This document shows positions 16,366 through 17,344 of a stretch of DNA of 17,344 bases, piece after piece. Below the pieces are notes generated by a model. The model was not told the origin of the DNA, did not search any database, and was given only the letters and a program-made list of their open reading frames with translations. The DNA is from Oligoflexus sp. Lineage in GTDB: Bacteria > Bdellovibrionota_B > Oligoflexia > Oligoflexales > Oligoflexaceae. The stretch spans positions 1 to 17,344 of the forward strand of contig JBGSTX010000119.1 of assembly GCA_041736305.1 (NCBI GenBank). Reading direction: 5' to 3'. How positions within the stretch are numbered: the first letter of the stretch is position 1; every line of letters starts with the position of its first letter. The position numbers were made by a program, and so were the translations under genes.

Positions 16366-16766
16366 AATATCTCCTCACAAGGATACCCACCAATTTATTG
16401 GTGGGAGGAATTAGAGTAAGCTATCTCCCAGGACGGAGATGATCTCTAAAAAGGGTGCCGGTCTTTTCCGGCTGTCAGTCTCGTGAGAGACAGTCCTGGT
16501 TTACACCAGGGTTCTCCGCTTGCGCGGGTAAAGGTCACCTTGCCGAAGTTATCGAGCAGTTTACTTGCAAGTAGCACTGGCCTAATCCCCTTACTCCTGT
16601 TTAACCACTTGCCTTAGAGCCCAGGACTGGTGAAGCATCCGGGGGTAACTATCTGACTCGCTCGTAACGTAGCTTGAGAGTTGCCCCTCTTGCTCGGGCG
16701 GGTCAACGTGAGACATGTTCAGAACCAATCTTCACATGCCTGCCTCTTTAAAGGCGGGTAGTTGAC
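16366..16766. mobile_element. Non-autonomous IS200/IS605-family element of the IscB/HEARO type (401 bp; no tnpA or iscB)
   Basis: Left end: target TTCAT (16361-65), guide tetranucleotide GATA (16382-85) at the foot of hairpin CCCACCAAT-TT-ATTGGTGGG (16386-16405). Right end: CATG (16735-38) at the foot of imperfect hairpin 16739-58, terminal TGAC (16763-66). Both guide/cleavage-site pairs fit the IS608-type pairing pattern. An omegaRNA scaffold lies inside. Confidence 0.85.
16512..16766 (-). ncRNA. HEARO / IscB omegaRNA scaffold (stand-alone); guide encoded by the flank starting at 16767
   Basis: Minus-strand hallmarks in the expected order: GTCAACTACCC...GTTGACC, CTACGTT, GGATGCTTCACCAGTCCTGGGCTCT, GGTTAAACAG, CAGTG, AACTTCGGCAAGGTGACCTTTACC, GNRA hairpin CCGC-GCAA-GCGG. 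Pseudoknot-compatible TCACC/GGTGA pairing. The 3' boundary is approximate. Confidence 0.85.
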
Positions 16767-16826
16767 TCTAAACCTCGGTCCGCTTAGTCCTCGTTAGTAA
16801 AATCTACCTGAACTATCAGGCTGCTG

Positions 16827-16855
16827 AGAGTAGCAGGTGCCTTCTTCCTTGGCAA
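16827..16855 (-). promoter_or_regulatory. Putative sigma70 promoter of etfBA, now reading into the omegaRNA
   Basis: Minus strand TTGCCA-17 nt-TACTCT with extended TG (TGCTACTCT). Confidence 0.6.
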
Positions 16856-16875
16856 CTGCTCTAAAACCCACTTCG

Positions 16876-17343
16876 CTATTGCCGAACATGCAACAAAGAC
16901 TGCATCGCAGCCCCAACTCCTGAGCCCAGCGTATGCCTGTAACCCAAGCGTTGCAGCCCCATTTCAAAGGCTGAAATACCACTGAGGAGATCGAGTTCAT
17001 CGACCATACCCAGGTGAGCAATCCGCATGATTTTGCCTTTGAGATGGTCTTGCCCTCCAGCGATTATGGCCCCGTAAGCGCTTCGGCAAACTTTGACGAG
17101 CGCCGAGCCATCGATCGCAGCAGGCAGGCTCACAGCAGTCAGCGCTTGCGAAGGGTGACTTTGCGCAAAAAGGCCCAAACCCATGGCTTCTGCGGCCGTC
17201 CGACAGGCCACAGCCAAGCGACGGTGATGGGCATCGCAGCCTTCTACGCCTACGGCAGCGAGCTGTCGCAGCGCACTGAGGAGGGCAAGTACCAGCGTAG
17301 TGGCTGGAGTCCAGGCCATTTCGCCTTTTTCTTGGCCTGCACG
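16876..17343 (-). CDS. Class V PLP-dependent aminotransferase (alanine/serine-glyoxylate aminotransferase-like), 5'-truncated
   Basis: Frame open to the window edge (RAGQEKGEMAWTPA...); C-terminal IAGGQDHLKGKIMRIAHLG and G.GV.AA motifs. Confidence 0.85.
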   Translation of the reverse strand, partial: RAGQEKGEMAWTPATTLVLALLSALRQLAAVGVEGCDAHHRRLAVACRTAAEAMGLGLFAQSHPSQALTAVSLPAAIDGSALVKVCRSAYGAIIAGGQDHLKGKIMRIAHLGMVDELDLLSGISAFEMGLQRLGYRHTLGSGVGAAMQSLLHVRQ

Positions 17344-17344
17344 T

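Noticed and set aside
16406-16512. Possible iscB pseudogene remnant inside the element
   Set aside because: No PLMP/RRXRR-like coding remnant or credible ORF could be read; the segment consists of hairpins.
16366-16800. Intergenic structured region as RNase P RNA, tmRNA, SRP, 6S RNA or a riboswitch for etfBA
   Set aside because: No RNase P GAGGAAAGTCC or tmRNA tRNA-like ends are visible; the ordered motifs and terminal hairpins fit HEARO/omegaRNA and IS200/IS605 ends.
628-17021. Remaining short ORFs (60-142 aa) nested in or antisense to the main genes
   Set aside because: They overlap well-supported genes and show no recognisable motifs.

Overview
Bacterial chromosomal window of about 50% GC, mostly housekeeping genes; an Oligoflexia/Bdellovibrionota-like origin is a guess from protein style. 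Gene order: 3' end of an outer-membrane beta-barrel gene, small 2-TM protein, archaeal-type XPB helicase + Bax1 (DUF790) nuclease pair, DHH phosphoesterase, cutA, gpmI-mazG, rpsT, rnhA, a minus-strand rpsR-rpmB operon with an unannotated 36-aa Thx-like basic ORF, priA, clpP, tRNA-Leu(CAG), MsbA-like ABC exporter, etfA/etfB, and the 3' part of a class V aminotransferase. The main hidden signal is a 401-bp non-autonomous IS200/IS605 element (16366-16766) carrying an apparently intact IscB-type omegaRNA/HEARO scaffold but no protein gene. It sits exactly between the native ribosome-binding site and the ATG of etfB (target motif TTCAT/ATGAA). Its end supplies a replacement RBS, and the host etfBA promoter would transcribe a guide matching the empty site. 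Other points of note: a PriA lacking one of its two Zn sites and a tRNA-Leu(CAG) with A37.
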